From: Clostridiaceae bacterium
GTDB taxonomy: Bacteria; Bacillota; Clostridia; Acetivibrionales; DUMC01
Assembly: GCA_012840075.1 (NCBI GenBank)
Contig: DUMC01000032.1
Coordinates: forward strand, 126,365 to 190,364
Reading direction: 5' to 3'
Length of the DNA stretch: 64,000 nucleotides
Within the stretch, counting starts at the first letter, position 1, and each line of letters starts with the position of its first letter. Positions 9,841-20,267 of this stretch are shown here, in pieces. The notes under the pieces are model-generated. The model was not told the origin of the DNA. It did not search any database and saw only the letters and a list, made by a program, of their open reading frames with translations. The position numbers were made by a program, and so were the translations under genes.

Positions 9841-11100
9841 ATGATCGAAAAATTTGTTTTAGATAACGGTGTCAGAGTTGTATGCGAAAAAATTCCATAC
9901 CTACGCTCGGTTTCTGTAGGTATTTGGGTGGGTACAGGTTCAAGAAATGAAGATAAAACAAATAACGGAATATCACATTTTATTGAGCATTTGCTTTTTA
10001 AAGGAACGAAGAATCGTACAGCCAAAGAGATAGCAGCCGCCATAGATAGCATAGGCGGTATAATAAATGCCTCTACGGGCAAAGAATATACTTGTTACTA
10101 TACAAAAACACTTGATACGCACATAGATACTGCTGTAGATGTACTTGCAGACATGTTTTTCAATTCACTTTTCAATGAAAAAGATCTTAATATTGAAAAA
10201 CAAGTAATCTTTGAAGAAATAAATATGTACGAGGATACACCCGATGATCTTGTCCATGACATTCTTGCAGAAGTTATGTGGGACGGGGATGCATTAAGCT
10301 ATCCGGTATTAGGTACCTATGAATCACTGGACAAGTTGAATAGGCAAGCGATAATGGATTATTTAAATAATTATTATTTCCCGAAAAACACGGTAATAGC
10401 AATTGCAGGTAATTATGACGATAAAAAAATTGAGGACCTCCTTGAAAAATATTTTACCGGGTGGAAAAATGATAAACATAAAACTATAGATTATAATCCT
10501 GTTAATTATAATTCAGGTGTAAAAGTAAAGTACAAAGATACCGAGCAAGTTCATTTATGTATTGGCTTCAAGGGAATAGAATACGGAAATGATGATTTAT
10601 ATCCTCTTTCAATAATAAATAATATTTTAGGTGGAGGAATGAGTTCAAGGCTGTTCCAAAAAATAAGAGAAGAAAAAGGATTGGTATACTCGATTTATTC
10701 ATATCCGTCAGCATATAAAAACGCAGGTGCTTTTACTATATATGCAGGTATGAAGCCTGAGCAATTCAAAGAAGTATGCAGATTAATAATGCTTGAAATT
10801 AAAGAATTAGTACAATCCGGTATTTCACAGAGCGAACTGGAAAAAGCAAAAGAACAGCTAAAAGGTAATTATATGTTGGGATTGGAGAGTACTTACAACA
10901 AGATGACAATTTTAGGCAAATCTGAGTTAATACTTGGGCGCATTATCACTCCGGAAGAATTTATTTCTAAAATAGACCAGGTCACGATTGATCAAGTGCA
11001 AAAAGTCATAGAACAAATTTTTACTACTGAAAAACCTTGCTGCGTAGCTGTCGGAAAAATAAAAGAAAATATTGATTTAGCTTCTTTCAGCGAAATTTAA
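9841..11100 (+). CDS. M16 family zinc peptidase (insulinase-like, YmxG/MlpA-type)
   Basis: Inverted zinc motif HFIEH. 419 aa. Its position after pnp matches Bacillus. Confidence 0.9.
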   Translation: MIEKFVLDNGVRVVCEKIPYLRSVSVGIWVGTGSRNEDKTNNGISHFIEHLLFKGTKNRTAKEIAAAIDSIGGIINASTGKEYTCYYTKTLDTHIDTAVDVLADMFFNSLFNEKDLNIEKQVIFEEINMYEDTPDDLVHDILAEVMWDGDALSYPVLGTYESLDKLNRQAIMDYLNNYYFPKNTVIAIAGNYDDKKIEDLLEKYFTGWKNDKHKTIDYNPVNYNSGVKVKYKDTEQVHLCIGFKGIEYGNDDLYPLSIINNILGGGMSSRLFQKIREEKGLVYSIYSYPSAYKNAGAFTIYAGMKPEQFKEVCRLIMLEIKELVQSGISQSELEKAKEQLKGNYMLGLESTYNKMTILGKSELILGRIITPEEFISKIDQVTIDQVQKVIEQIFTTEKPCCVAVGKIKENIDLASFSEI

Positions 11101-11179
11101 GAAACCTAAAACTTCTTTCTACCGATCTTCTTACGACATAATAAAAGCTTCCGAAGTACCTAGCTTCAGAAGTGGCTTT

Positions 11180-11219
11180 GAAAGTGCATTTAATAAATCG
11201 CAGAATTAAATGCACTTTC
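11180..11219 (+). terminator. hairpin terminator after M16 peptidase gene
   Basis: Perfect 15-bp stem GAAAGTGCATTTAAT/ATTAAATGCACTTTC with a 10-nt loop. The T-tract is weak. Confidence 0.65.
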
Positions 11220-11242
11220 CTTTGTGAATAATTGATGTGCCG

Positions 11243-11330
11243 GTATATCACTTCTTGTTCCTTGTTAGTACAAACAATTCTTTATTCGGTATAAGCAATT
11301 CTTTGTCCGGTACAAGCACTTATCTTCAAA
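11243..11330. repeat. tandem ~21-nt degenerate repeat, 4 units
   Basis: GTACAAACAATTCTTTATTCG, GTATAAGCAATTCTTTGTCCG and GTACAAGCACTTATCTTCAAA, preceded by a looser 25-nt unit. Confidence 0.8.
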
Positions 11331-11397
11331 ATTTTCATAATATGTTAATGGCTAAGTATTTGATTGAAGCTTTGATACTAGGAGTAGGTCTTACAAT

Positions 11398-12549
11398 ATG
11401 ATTTATCTTGACAATGCTGCAACTTCCTTTCCCAAACCTAATATTGTATATGATGAAATTTACCGTTGTATGAGGGAATATTGCGCCAATCCGGGAAGGA
11501 GCGGCCACAAAATGTCTTTGGCATCTGCAATAGCAGTACAAGAAGCAAGAGAAACGATTAGCAAGTTTTTTAATATAAGGAATCCGTTACAAATTGCCTT
11601 TACCAAAAATGCTACAGAGGCTCTGAATATTATCATTCAAGGTACGGCTAGAGCAGGATGCCATATTATAGCTACAAGTATGGAACACAATTCCATCCTA
11701 AGACCGCTGAAAGAGCTCGAAAAAAAGGGAATTGCGGAAGTAAGCATTGTATGGGGTAATGAAACAGGACAAATTGATCCTGCCTCAATAAAGAGACTTA
11801 TAAAGTCAAACACAAGCCTCATAATATGCACATTATCATCTAATGTTAACGGTATAATAATGCCGATTGAGGAAATAGGTAAATTAGCCGCTGAATATAA
11901 TATTCCTTTTCTTCTGGATGCTGCTCAGGGTGCAGGTAGTATAAATATTGATGTTGAAAAAATGAACATTACATATATGGCTTTTCCGGGTCATAAAGGT
12001 CTTATGGGACCACAGGGAACCGGGGGACTATATATAAAAGAGGGTATGTTTGTCAAGCCTTTGCTTAAAGGAGGAACAGGCAGTTTTTCAAGTAGTCTTG
12101 ATCAACCTGAGATTATGCCTGATTTGCATGAAAGCGGTACTTTAAATCTTCCCGGAATAGTTGGGTTAAAGGCAGGTATCGAATTTATCAACGGCCTCGG
12201 TATTGAAAATATCAAATTATACAAAAATATGCTTTTGAAGAGATTATACGAAGGAATTAAAGAAATCGACGGAGTTAAAATATACAGCAAGATGAACATA
12301 AATGAAAATTCGGGAATTTTAGCTTTAAACATTTTTGATTGTGATTCTACGGAAATTGCAGAAATTTTAAGCAGCAAGTACAACATAGCCGTACGAGGCG
12401 GTTATCATTGCGCACCTCTTGCACATAAAACACTCGGAACCGAAAAGCAAGGTTTGGTAAGATTTAGTCTGGGTTGTTTTAACACTATAGAGGATATAGA
12501 TTACACTATCAAAGCAATTCGGGAGATTTCTTCTCAATATTCAAAATAA
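11398..12549 (+). CDS. class V aminotransferase-fold cysteine desulfurase family protein
   Basis: MIYLDNAATSFPKP..., a PLP-lysine region FPGHKGLMGPQG, and a C-terminal HCAP active-site Cys region. Confidence 0.85.
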   Translation: MIYLDNAATSFPKPNIVYDEIYRCMREYCANPGRSGHKMSLASAIAVQEARETISKFFNIRNPLQIAFTKNATEALNIIIQGTARAGCHIIATSMEHNSILRPLKELEKKGIAEVSIVWGNETGQIDPASIKRLIKSNTSLIICTLSSNVNGIIMPIEEIGKLAAEYNIPFLLDAAQGAGSINIDVEKMNITYMAFPGHKGLMGPQGTGGLYIKEGMFVKPLLKGGTGSFSSSLDQPEIMPDLHESGTLNLPGIVGLKAGIEFINGLGIENIKLYKNMLLKRLYEGIKEIDGVKIYSKMNINENSGILALNIFDCDSTEIAEILSSKYNIAVRGGYHCAPLAHKTLGTEKQGLVRFSLGCFNTIEDIDYTIKAIREISSQYSK

Positions 12550-12714
12550 AAATCCGTCTTTAAATGATAAAAATCCAAAATATAATAATATTTACTTTTT
12601 TCCATGTTGTGTTATAATGTTTGTAATAAAATTTAAAATTGACATTAAATTAACAAACAATTTGATAAATTTTCACTTTCCGATTTGATTTTAGGTAAGG
12701 AGGTAAAAAATTAA

Positions 12715-13782
12715 ATGCACAAGAAGTTATTTATTCCGGGACCCGTAGAAGTTAGTGAGGATGTTCTTCAGAAAATGGCGACACCGATGATAGGACATAG
12801 AACCAAAGAAGCTTCACAACTGCAAAAAAGCATTTCGGAAAAGATGCAGAAAGTAATGTATACAAACAGTCAAATTCTATTATCTACAACATCCGGTAGT
12901 GGATTGATGGAAGGTGCAGTTAGATCCTGTACTCTTAAAAGAGCTGCTATATTTTCAATTGGTGCATTTGGCGACAGATGGTATCAAATGGCTATTTCAA
13001 ACGGGATTGAAGCAGATTTGTTTTCAACGGAACAAGGAAAAGCAACTACTCCTGAAATGATAGATAAAGCATTATCAACCGGAAAATATGATTTGATTAC
13101 CATTACTCACAATGAAACTTCTTCAGGAGTAATGAACCCGGTAGAAGAGTTATCCGAAGTATGGAAAAAGTATCCTGAAGTAGTAGTTTGTATGGATACC
13201 GTAAGTTCAATGGGCGGAACTAAGATCGAAGTAGACAAGCTCGGCGTAGATATCTGTATAACATCAACGCAAAAATGTCTTGGGCTTCCTCCCGGAATGG
13301 CTATATGCTCATTTTCGGAAAAAGCAATTGAAAAGGCTAAAAAAGTTAAATACAGAGGTACCTACCTTGATCTCCTAGCATTATATGAATATATACAAAA
13401 AAAGGATTATCAGTATCCTTCAACGCCGGCAATATCTCTTATGTTTGCATTGGATTATCAATTGGACAAGATCCTTGCGGAAGGATTGGAAAATAGGTTT
13501 GCAAGACATATTGAAATGGCAAAGTATACGCGAGAATGGGCTAAATCCAGGTTTGCACTCTTTCCGGAAGAAAGATATGCTTCTAATACATTAACAACTA
13601 TCAGAAACACAAGAAATATAAATATAAGTGAATTAAATAAGCAATTAGGGCAGAGAGGTTATATGATATCCAACGGATATGGAAATCTAAAAGAAATTAC
13701 ATTTAGAATCGCACACATGGGTGATACTACTCTCGATGATATCAAAGAACTTCTTTCGGCGATTGATGAGCTTATTAAATAA
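12715..13782 (+). CDS. class V aminotransferase (serine-pyruvate/alanine-glyoxylate aminotransferase family)
   Basis: 355 aa; FIPGPVEV..., THNETSSGV, TSTQKCLGLPPG (PLP Lys). Confidence 0.85.
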   Translation: MHKKLFIPGPVEVSEDVLQKMATPMIGHRTKEASQLQKSISEKMQKVMYTNSQILLSTTSGSGLMEGAVRSCTLKRAAIFSIGAFGDRWYQMAISNGIEADLFSTEQGKATTPEMIDKALSTGKYDLITITHNETSSGVMNPVEELSEVWKKYPEVVVCMDTVSSMGGTKIEVDKLGVDICITSTQKCLGLPPGMAICSFSEKAIEKAKKVKYRGTYLDLLALYEYIQKKDYQYPSTPAISLMFALDYQLDKILAEGLENRFARHIEMAKYTREWAKSRFALFPEERYASNTLTTIRNTRNINISELNKQLGQRGYMISNGYGNLKEITFRIAHMGDTTLDDIKELLSAIDELIK

Positions 13783-13815
13783 CTTTAATGGATGGTTTTC
13801 TATTATTATAAGTAA

Positions 13816-13884
13816 AGAATATTTGCCAAGAGACATAAGTAGAAGCTCGAAGCATCGTAACATATGTCTCTGGCAAATATTTCT
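13816..13884 (+). terminator. long imperfect hairpin after aminotransferase gene
   Basis: AGAATATTTGCCAAGAGACATA pairs with TATGTCTCTGGCAAATATTTCT, giving about 20 bp with two bulges. Confidence 0.6.
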
Positions 13885-13937
13885 TCGTAATTTGTCAAAT
13901 GCGCCTATATCTAAAGTCCAAATCTAAAATTTGATTA

Positions 13938-13966
13938 TTGACATTCTTAAGAACATATTGTATAAT
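13938..13966 (+). promoter_or_regulatory. consensus sigma-A promoter for tRNA-Trp
   Basis: TTGACA, 17-nt spacer, TATAAT, about 20 nt upstream of the tRNA. Confidence 0.75.
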
Positions 13967-13985
13967 ACAGAAGTAACTTATCCGA

Positions 13986-14061
13986 AGGGGAGTAGCTCAA
14001 TTGGTAGAGTAGCGGTCTCCAAAACCGTCGGTTGCGGGTTCGAGTCCTGTCTCCCCTGCCA
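13986..14061 (+). tRNA. tRNA-Trp (anticodon CCA)
   Basis: Acceptor AGGGGAG/CTCCCCT, anticodon loop CTCCAAA, T-loop GTTCGAGTC, encoded 3' CCA. Confidence 0.88.
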
Positions 14062-14087
14062 CTAATTTAAGTTTAGATTACTTTAAG

Positions 14088-14120
14088 GGCTCAAAAATTA
14101 TTTTTGAGTCTTTTTTATTT
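14088..14120 (+). terminator. rho-independent terminator after tRNA-Trp
   Basis: GGCTCAAAAA-TTA-TTTTTGAGTC followed by TTTTTTATTTT. Confidence 0.8.
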
Positions 14121-14210
14121 TATTTTATTTTTCTCTAGTCGATATTTCTTCTTCGAGTTTATTGAATGAACTTAAAAATAATTTTACCTCTTTACTTTTA
14201 TTTTAACATA

Positions 14211-14219
14211 TGCTATAAT
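14211..14219 (+). promoter_or_regulatory. extended -10 element (TGCTATAAT) for tRNA-Pro
   Basis: Perfect TGnTATAAT 14 nt upstream of the tRNA 5' end. Confidence 0.6.
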
Positions 14220-14232
14220 TTAATGCTGTGGA

Positions 14233-14310
14233 CGGGGTGTAGCTCAGCTTGGTTAGAGTGCTTGCTTGGGGTGCAAGAGGTCGCTGGTTCAAATCCAGTC
14301 ACTCCGACCA
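14233..14310 (+). tRNA. tRNA-Pro (anticodon GGG)
   Basis: CGGGGTGTAGCTCAG..., anticodon stem-loop CTTGC-TTGGGGT-GCAAG, T-loop GTTCAAATC, encoded CCA. Confidence 0.88.
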
Positions 14311-14635
14311 AAAACAAAAGCGGCTTTCAGTAAAATAATTACTGTAGCCGCTTAATTGTATATCTGAAAGTATAATTTAGTCAAAGTTAGCATGTGTATC
14401 ATCATTGGATTAGCTTATTAATCCATATTTTTTTGTTTGTGATTTTTGTAATGTTATAAAAAGATAAGAAGCATAAATCAGCTTATTGTGTATTCTCTAC
14501 CGTTTGATTTCACAAAAGCCAGCTTTTTGACTTGCAAAAATACATAAAATCTCCTTCTTATTTGCTTCTGTATTTGTGGTGCTAGAAAATTTTACGATAC
14601 ACAGGAAAATTTACTAACCAATTGGAGGAATTAGA

Positions 14636-15454
14636 ATGGATTTAAATATTGGATTTATAGGTACAGGAAAAATGGGCTCTGCAATTGCCAGGGGAATTGC
14701 CTTATCCGGTAAGATTGCTCCTGAAAAAGTAAGAGTTTATGACGTTGATTCCCAAAAAACCAAAGCATTGCAAGATGAATTAAATGTTTCTGTAGAAAAA
14801 AGCATTGAAGATTTGATAAAAAATTCAGACATAATAGTTTTAGCAGTCGTTCCTAGCATAGTCAAATCCGTTCTTGAACCACATAAAGGGCTTTTTAACA
14901 ACAATAAGATTCTTTTGTCCATTGCAGCAGGAGTTCCAATTAAAGTGTTTAAAACATTATTGGGGGATAAGGCCAAAATTGTCCGGACAATGCCAAATAG
15001 ACCTGCACTGATAGGTAAAGGCATAACACTGATATCTTTTGAGAGCGGTACCATTTCCGAGGAAGAATATAACACTATTAAATGCTTATTTGAATCTGTG
15101 GGAAAAGTAGAATTAATGAACGAAAACTTAATGGATGAAGTGATTGCACTTACGTCCAGCAGCCCTGCATATGTGTTTATGTTAATAGAAGCCATGGCTA
15201 ATGCTGCAGTTTTGAGAGGAATTCCTTCAAATATGGCATATAAGCTTGCTGCGTATGCAGTATCAGGTTCTGCTCAAATGGTATTGGAAACCGGAAAACA
15301 TCCTGCTGAACTAAAAGATGAGATATGTACACCTGCAGGTACCACCATTGAAGCTGTTAAAACTTTAGAAAAACATAATTTCAGATATGCGATTATCGAA
15401 GCTATGGAAGAGTGCACGAAAAAGGCAAAATCCATAAGTGAAAAGTATAATTAA
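14636..15454 (+). CDS. proC: pyrroline-5-carboxylate reductase
   Basis: IGFIGTGKMGSAI Rossmann motif and C-terminal ICTPAGTTIEA. Confidence 0.93.
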   Translation: MDLNIGFIGTGKMGSAIARGIALSGKIAPEKVRVYDVDSQKTKALQDELNVSVEKSIEDLIKNSDIIVLAVVPSIVKSVLEPHKGLFNNNKILLSIAAGVPIKVFKTLLGDKAKIVRTMPNRPALIGKGITLISFESGTISEEEYNTIKCLFESVGKVELMNENLMDEVIALTSSSPAYVFMLIEAMANAAVLRGIPSNMAYKLAAYAVSGSAQMVLETGKHPAELKDEICTPAGTTIEAVKTLEKHNFRYAIIEAMEECTKKAKSISEKYN

Positions 15455-15562
15455 ACATTTCAAAGTTTCATTAGTCCTCTGCCAATATTGTGTAATTTTT
15501 TTTTATTATGTTGCATAAGATTTTTATTGATAAAAGTTATAAAAGGAGTACATATAATACAC

Positions 15563-16204
15563 ATGCTTAGCAGAATTAAAAGGATTTTGGTAAATCACAT
15601 AAAAGAAAATACCAATAGATATTTTTGGGTGTTTATGGCATTCGTTGCAGGTGTTTCGGCAGGAGCTTTTACGGTGAACGGACTTAGTACACTTCAATCG
15701 GAGGAACTAATAAACTATTTTCAAGGATTCCTACATATTATGGATAAACAAAAGCTGAACAGCAACGAAATATTTATGTTATCTTTGCAAAATAACATGA
15801 AGTTAATTCTCTTGCTATGGGTTTTAGGCGTAACTATAATAGGAATTCCTTTTATTTTTTTACTTATTATAATAAGAGGCTTTGTTGTCGGATTTACATC
15901 AGGATTTATTATTAATTTTTTGGGAATAAAAGGGGCAATTTTCAATTTACTTGCTGTTTTCCCAAAGGAATTCATAATTATTCCTTGTATTATTGCTTTA
16001 GGAGTAAATGGGATTAATTTTTCACTGAACATCACAAAAAGCAAGTCTATAAAGCAAATGTTAAAATACAATTTAAAAGCGGATTTTTTAAGCTACAGTA
16101 TGACAACGGTTTTATTCAGCATACTTATCATAGGAGGACTATTGATTGAAGCCTACATAGTACCGGTTTTTATAAGAATTATCATACCGATAATCAATAC
16201 ATGA
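15563..16204 (+). CDS. spoIIM: stage II sporulation protein M
   Basis: 213-aa polytopic protein with ATG after AAAGGAG. N-terminus MLSRIKRILVNHIKEN...YFWVF. It lies upstream of xerD, as in other sporeformers. Confidence 0.8.
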   Translation: MLSRIKRILVNHIKENTNRYFWVFMAFVAGVSAGAFTVNGLSTLQSEELINYFQGFLHIMDKQKLNSNEIFMLSLQNNMKLILLLWVLGVTIIGIPFIFLLIIIRGFVVGFTSGFIINFLGIKGAIFNLLAVFPKEFIIIPCIIALGVNGINFSLNITKSKSIKQMLKYNLKADFLSYSMTTVLFSILIIGGLLIEAYIVPVFIRIIIPIINT

Positions 16205-16398
16205 TGTATAACTGAGGTAAAAAAAGGCAATAATTATGACAGTCGATTATACTGACGTAATAATTATGCGTTGAGGATATAAATTAAGTGTTTGCCGGTT
16301 AATTTCCTCTAAAAAATTAAATTGGAAATTAGCAATTAGCAATAAAATTGAGAATTAACATGTTTACATACAAAAATTAAGAGAAGGGGTAATATTTA

Positions 16399-17283
16399 AT
16401 GAAAGAATTAGTTCAACAGTATATTGATTATCTTGAACAAGTGAGAAAATTAGCCGATAATACTCTTCAATCCTATAAAAGGGATATTGAGCAATACATA
16501 GCATACCTGAACAGTATTAATTTGGACCGTATTGAAAATACCGATAAGAATATAATTATTAATTATTTACTTCACTTGCAGAAAAAAGGAAGAGCTACCT
16601 CCACAATTTCACGGAATTTGGCTTCAATCAGGTCTTTTTATCATTACTTATATGTCAATGGTAAAATCCAAACTAACCCAACATTAGAACTGGAGTCTCC
16701 TAAAGTTGAAAAGAAACTCCCTCAGATATTATCTACGCAGGAGGTCGAATTACTGCTTGAACAGCCGAAGTGTGTTGATCTTAAAGGATATAGGGATAAA
16801 GCAATGCTTGAATTACTTTACGCAACCGGTATAAGAGTATCTGAATTGATAAATCTGGATTGTGGGGATGTAAATTTTGAATTGGGTTTTATAAGATGTA
16901 GAAATGGTGCGAAAGAAAGAATAATCCCTATAGGTTCAATAGCATTAAAAGCTTTGCAGGAGTATATTTTAAGGGCAAGAAAAAACATGCTGAAAAACAG
17001 CCAGGAAACGGCTCTTTTCATAAACATTAATGGAAAACGGCTTACAAGGCAAGGATTTTGGAAAATAATAAAACAATATAAAAATCAGGCAAAAATAATG
17101 AAGGAGATAACTCCTCATACCTTAAGGCATTCATTTGCTGCACATTTGCTGGAAAACGGCGCAGATCTTAGGTCAATTCAGGAAATGCTAGGACATTCTG
17201 ATATATCATCAACACAGATTTATGCACAAATAGCCAGGAACAGAATTAAAGAAGTTTATAAAAAAACACATCCTAGAGCTTGA
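16399..17283 (+). CDS. xerD: site-specific tyrosine recombinase XerD
   Basis: 294 aa with the tyrosine-recombinase catalytic region: ATGIRVSEL, HTLRHSFAAHLLENGADLRSIQEMLGHSDISSTQIY. Confidence 0.9.
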   Translation: MKELVQQYIDYLEQVRKLADNTLQSYKRDIEQYIAYLNSINLDRIENTDKNIIINYLLHLQKKGRATSTISRNLASIRSFYHYLYVNGKIQTNPTLELESPKVEKKLPQILSTQEVELLLEQPKCVDLKGYRDKAMLELLYATGIRVSELINLDCGDVNFELGFIRCRNGAKERIIPIGSIALKALQEYILRARKNMLKNSQETALFININGKRLTRQGFWKIIKQYKNQAKIMKEITPHTLRHSFAAHLLENGADLRSIQEMLGHSDISSTQIYAQIARNRIKEVYKKTHPRA

Positions 17284-17561
17284 TATTCTTGCTTATAATT
17301 ACGCTATATTTTATATTATCTTATTTATAGATTTTTATTTATATTGTTTTTTTATTTATTTATTACTCTTTCATATTAATTCGTTTCAAATTTTACCGAT
17401 GATGAGAATATAAAAAATACGTAAAAAAACTTTAATATTTTAATAATATTTTTTATGTTATAATTAAATTAATTACGTCATTTAACTATACATCAAGAAA
17501 AATATAAAACAAGTTAAAAAAACTATAAAATATAGCACAGTTATGTAGAAGGTAAGGACTT

Positions 17562-18731
17562 ATGAAACGTGCAGTAATTATTGTTTTAGACAGTTTGGGA
17601 ATAGGTGAATTACCGGACGCTCACAAATACGGAGATTCAGGCAGTAATACACTTGGTAATATTGTAAAATCAATCCGGGGTTTCAGATTGCCTAATCTTG
17701 AAAAGCTTGGTATTTCAAATATTGAAGATGTTGATTATCTGCCGGAAAACCCGAATCCTGAAGCTTCCTTTGGACGAATGGCGGAAAAATCTGCCGGAAA
17801 GGATACGACAACAGGACATTGGGAAATTTCCGGTATTATTTTGGACAAGCCTTTTCCCGTATATCCGGATGGTTTTCCTCCTGAGATCATCAATGAATTC
17901 GAGAGGTTAACAGGCACTAAAGTTCTTGGCAATATAGCTGCATCCGGTACTGAAATCATAAAAAAATTAGGGAAAAAACATATCGAAACAGGTTATCCAA
18001 TTGTTTATACTTCAGCAGACAGCGTTTTTCAAATTGCCGCTAACGAAGATGTTATTCCCGTTGAAAGACTATATGAAATTTGTCAAATTGCCAGGGATAT
18101 ATTAAAAGGAGAACATGCGGTAGGAAGGGTAATTGCAAGGCCATTTATAGGAACGGAAGGAAACTTTGTCAGAACTGACAGAAGACGTGATTTTTCTTTA
18201 GCACCTCCTAAGAAAACATTGCTGGATTATATATCAGATAACGGATATCATGTCAAAGCAGTAGGTAAAATTAAGGATATTTTTGCCAATAAGGGGATAA
18301 CCCAATCCGTGCATACACATAACAATTTGGACGGAATTGAACGGACAATTGAATTTATAAACGAAAACTTCGCAGGTTTGATTTTTACGAACCTAGTGGA
18401 TTATGACATGTTGTATGGTCACAGAAACGATGTTAGAGGATATGCAAATGCTTTAATTGAGTTTGACAATAAATTGCCTGAAATTTTAAATAGTTTAAAA
18501 GATGATGATATTCTTTTTATAACTGCTGATCACGGATGCGATCCTACTACACCAAGTACGGATCATTCCAGAGAATACGTACCTCTAATTGTATACGGAA
18601 AAAACTTAAAAAAAGGAGTTAATCTCGGAACACGGGAGACTTTTGCCGATGTGGCGGCAACAATTACGGATTATATGGGAGTAGAATATAAGGGAGAAGG
18701 AGAAAGCTTTTTAAATCTAATAATCAAATAA
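17562..18731 (+). CDS. deoB: phosphopentomutase
   Basis: [20 protein letters not shown]..., TADHGCDPT. Confidence 0.93.
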   Translation: MKRAVIIVLDSLGIGELPDAHKYGDSGSNTLGNIVKSIRGFRLPNLEKLGISNIEDVDYLPENPNPEASFGRMAEKSAGKDTTTGHWEISGIILDKPFPVYPDGFPPEIINEFERLTGTKVLGNIAASGTEIIKKLGKKHIETGYPIVYTSADSVFQIAANEDVIPVERLYEICQIARDILKGEHAVGRVIARPFIGTEGNFVRTDRRRDFSLAPPKKTLLDYISDNGYHVKAVGKIKDIFANKGITQSVHTHNNLDGIERTIEFINENFAGLIFTNLVDYDMLYGHRNDVRGYANALIEFDNKLPEILNSLKDDDILFITADHGCDPTTPSTDHSREYVPLIVYGKNLKKGVNLGTRETFADVAATITDYMGVEYKGEGESFLNLIIK

Positions 18732-18810
18732 GCAGATATATATGTATATTTTTCAAAAATACAGAATATACAATTTATTAATTGCATAACAATTTACTAA
18801 AGATAAAAGC

Positions 18811-20091
18811 GTGGAGGGAATGCCGGTGGTTAGTTTTAGATCATATGTTTCATTATTTTCAAAACTAAAGTTTAGAAGAACTTTTTCAGGAGTGCTGGGG
18901 TTATATTTAACGCTTGTGTTAGTATTATTACCAGTGATAACCCTATATCCTTCCGAAGTCTTTGCGGATCCTACTGAATATGATACAGCTACTGTAGCAA
19001 AGATAATGAGCGAGACTGACATATTCAATTTAAAATCGAAAGCTGCCATACTTATGGACGCTGCCACGGGAACAATACTGCATGAACATAATATTCATGA
19101 AAAGTTGCCTATAGCCAGTATAACTAAAATCATGTCCATGTATTTGATAATGGAAGCCATTGAAAAAGGTAAAATATCCCTAGATGATTTTGTACCGGTA
19201 TCGGAGTATGCCTATAGTTTTGGAGGTTCCCAAGTTTATTTAAAACCCGGGGAAGAATTTACTGTTCATGAAATGCTAAAAGCAGTAGCAATTCATTCTG
19301 CTAACGACGCTACCGTAGCACTTGCGGAAAAAGTAGCCGGAAGTGAAGGCGTTTTTGTTTCAATGATGAATGAAAAGGCACGTGAATTGGGACTGAAAAA
19401 TACCTATTATCTTGATTGTACAGGGCTTACTGATGAAGGCCATTATAGCACTGCTTATGATATTGCCGTGTTGTCCAGAGAACTAATAAACCGCTATCCC
19501 AAGATACTTGATTACACGAAAATCTGGACCGATACCTTCAGGAACGGTGAATTTGCTCTTGTTAATACCAATAAGCTTGTAAGGCATTATTCAGGAACTG
19601 TGGGTCTAAAAACGGGCTTTACCTCAAAAGCGGGTTATTGTCTATCGGCAGTAGTAAAGCGAGACAACCTTACTTTGATTTCAGTTATTTTAGGAGCTCC
19701 TGATTCTAATACGAGGTTTGCTGAAACAAGAAAGTTGCAAGATTATGGTTTCGCAAATTTTGAACATACGGTTTTGGAAACCAAAAATACTGAAGTTGGT
19801 ACAATAGAGGTCAGAAAAGGTATTGATATGGAAGTTCAAGGTATAGTTAAAGACGATGTATCCGTGATGTTGAAAAAAGGCAGCAAAGAAAAAATTGAAC
19901 GCCGCTTGAATCTTGAACCTTATTTGACGGCACCTGTGGAAGCAGGCCAGAAAGTAGGAGAAATTACTTATGTACTTGATGGAAAGGAAATAGCAAAGGT
20001 TGAAGTTGTAACAGCCAAAGCAGTTGAAAAAGCTTCCTTCATAAAGCTTTTTATAAGAATGATACTTGAATGGTTTGGAATAAACAAATAG
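18811..20091 (+). CDS. serine-type D-alanyl-D-alanine carboxypeptidase (PBP5 family)
   Basis: SxxK (SITK), SxN (SAND) and KTG (KTGFT) motifs. The start is uncertain; an alternative GTG lies at 18826, 6 nt after GGAGGG. Confidence 0.88.
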   Translation: MEGMPVVSFRSYVSLFSKLKFRRTFSGVLGLYLTLVLVLLPVITLYPSEVFADPTEYDTATVAKIMSETDIFNLKSKAAILMDAATGTILHEHNIHEKLPIASITKIMSMYLIMEAIEKGKISLDDFVPVSEYAYSFGGSQVYLKPGEEFTVHEMLKAVAIHSANDATVALAEKVAGSEGVFVSMMNEKARELGLKNTYYLDCTGLTDEGHYSTAYDIAVLSRELINRYPKILDYTKIWTDTFRNGEFALVNTNKLVRHYSGTVGLKTGFTSKAGYCLSAVVKRDNLTLISVILGAPDSNTRFAETRKLQDYGFANFEHTVLETKNTEVGTIEVRKGIDMEVQGIVKDDVSVMLKKGSKEKIERRLNLEPYLTAPVEAGQKVGEITYVLDGKEIAKVEVVTAKAVEKASFIKLFIRMILEWFGINK

Positions 20092-20157
20092 CTATCTTGA
20101 AATAGGTGTATTTAACAAATATATGCTGAATATAATTAATGTTTATCAATAAAAATT

Positions 20158-20216
20158 ATGGGAAAACAATTTCTGTAATTCTAAATAAAAAGAAATTGTT
20201 TTTCCATATTTTTTTA
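20158..20216 (+). terminator. rho-independent terminator after carboxypeptidase gene
   Basis: 17-bp stem ATGGGAAAACAATTTCT/AGAAATTGTTTTTCCAT followed by ATTTTTTT. Confidence 0.85.
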
Positions 20217-20267
20217 TGCTGATTTTTATGCTATACTTAACTAAAAATTGTTAAAGGAGAGATCGGT

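Noticed and set aside
11243-11330. CRISPR array (and likewise for the other short tandem repeats)
   Set aside because: The units are directly adjacent with no spacers, number only 2-5, are degenerate and measure 11-22 nt. No cas genes are in the window.
14311-14635. Possible T-box or other riboswitch in the 325-bp spacer upstream of proC
   Set aside because: Only a small hairpin terminator-like element (about 14405-14435) is present. TTGTGGTGCTAG resembles the T-box core only weakly, and no supporting Stem I features are visible.
16399-17283. Tyrosine recombinase as a marker of a prophage or integrative element
   Set aside because: The full XerD-type sequence sits in the conserved spoIIM-xerD-deoB housekeeping context. 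No flanking phage or mobile genes, att-like repeats or tRNA target are present.
17398-17428. dif-like site downstream of xerD (GATGAGAATATAAAAAATACGTAAAAA vs Firmicute dif ...TAGAATATATATTATGTAAACT)
   Set aside because: Only AGAATATA and (T)ACGTAAA match, the central-region spacing is wrong, and the right arm matches about 7/11. This is expected by chance in such AT-rich DNA.
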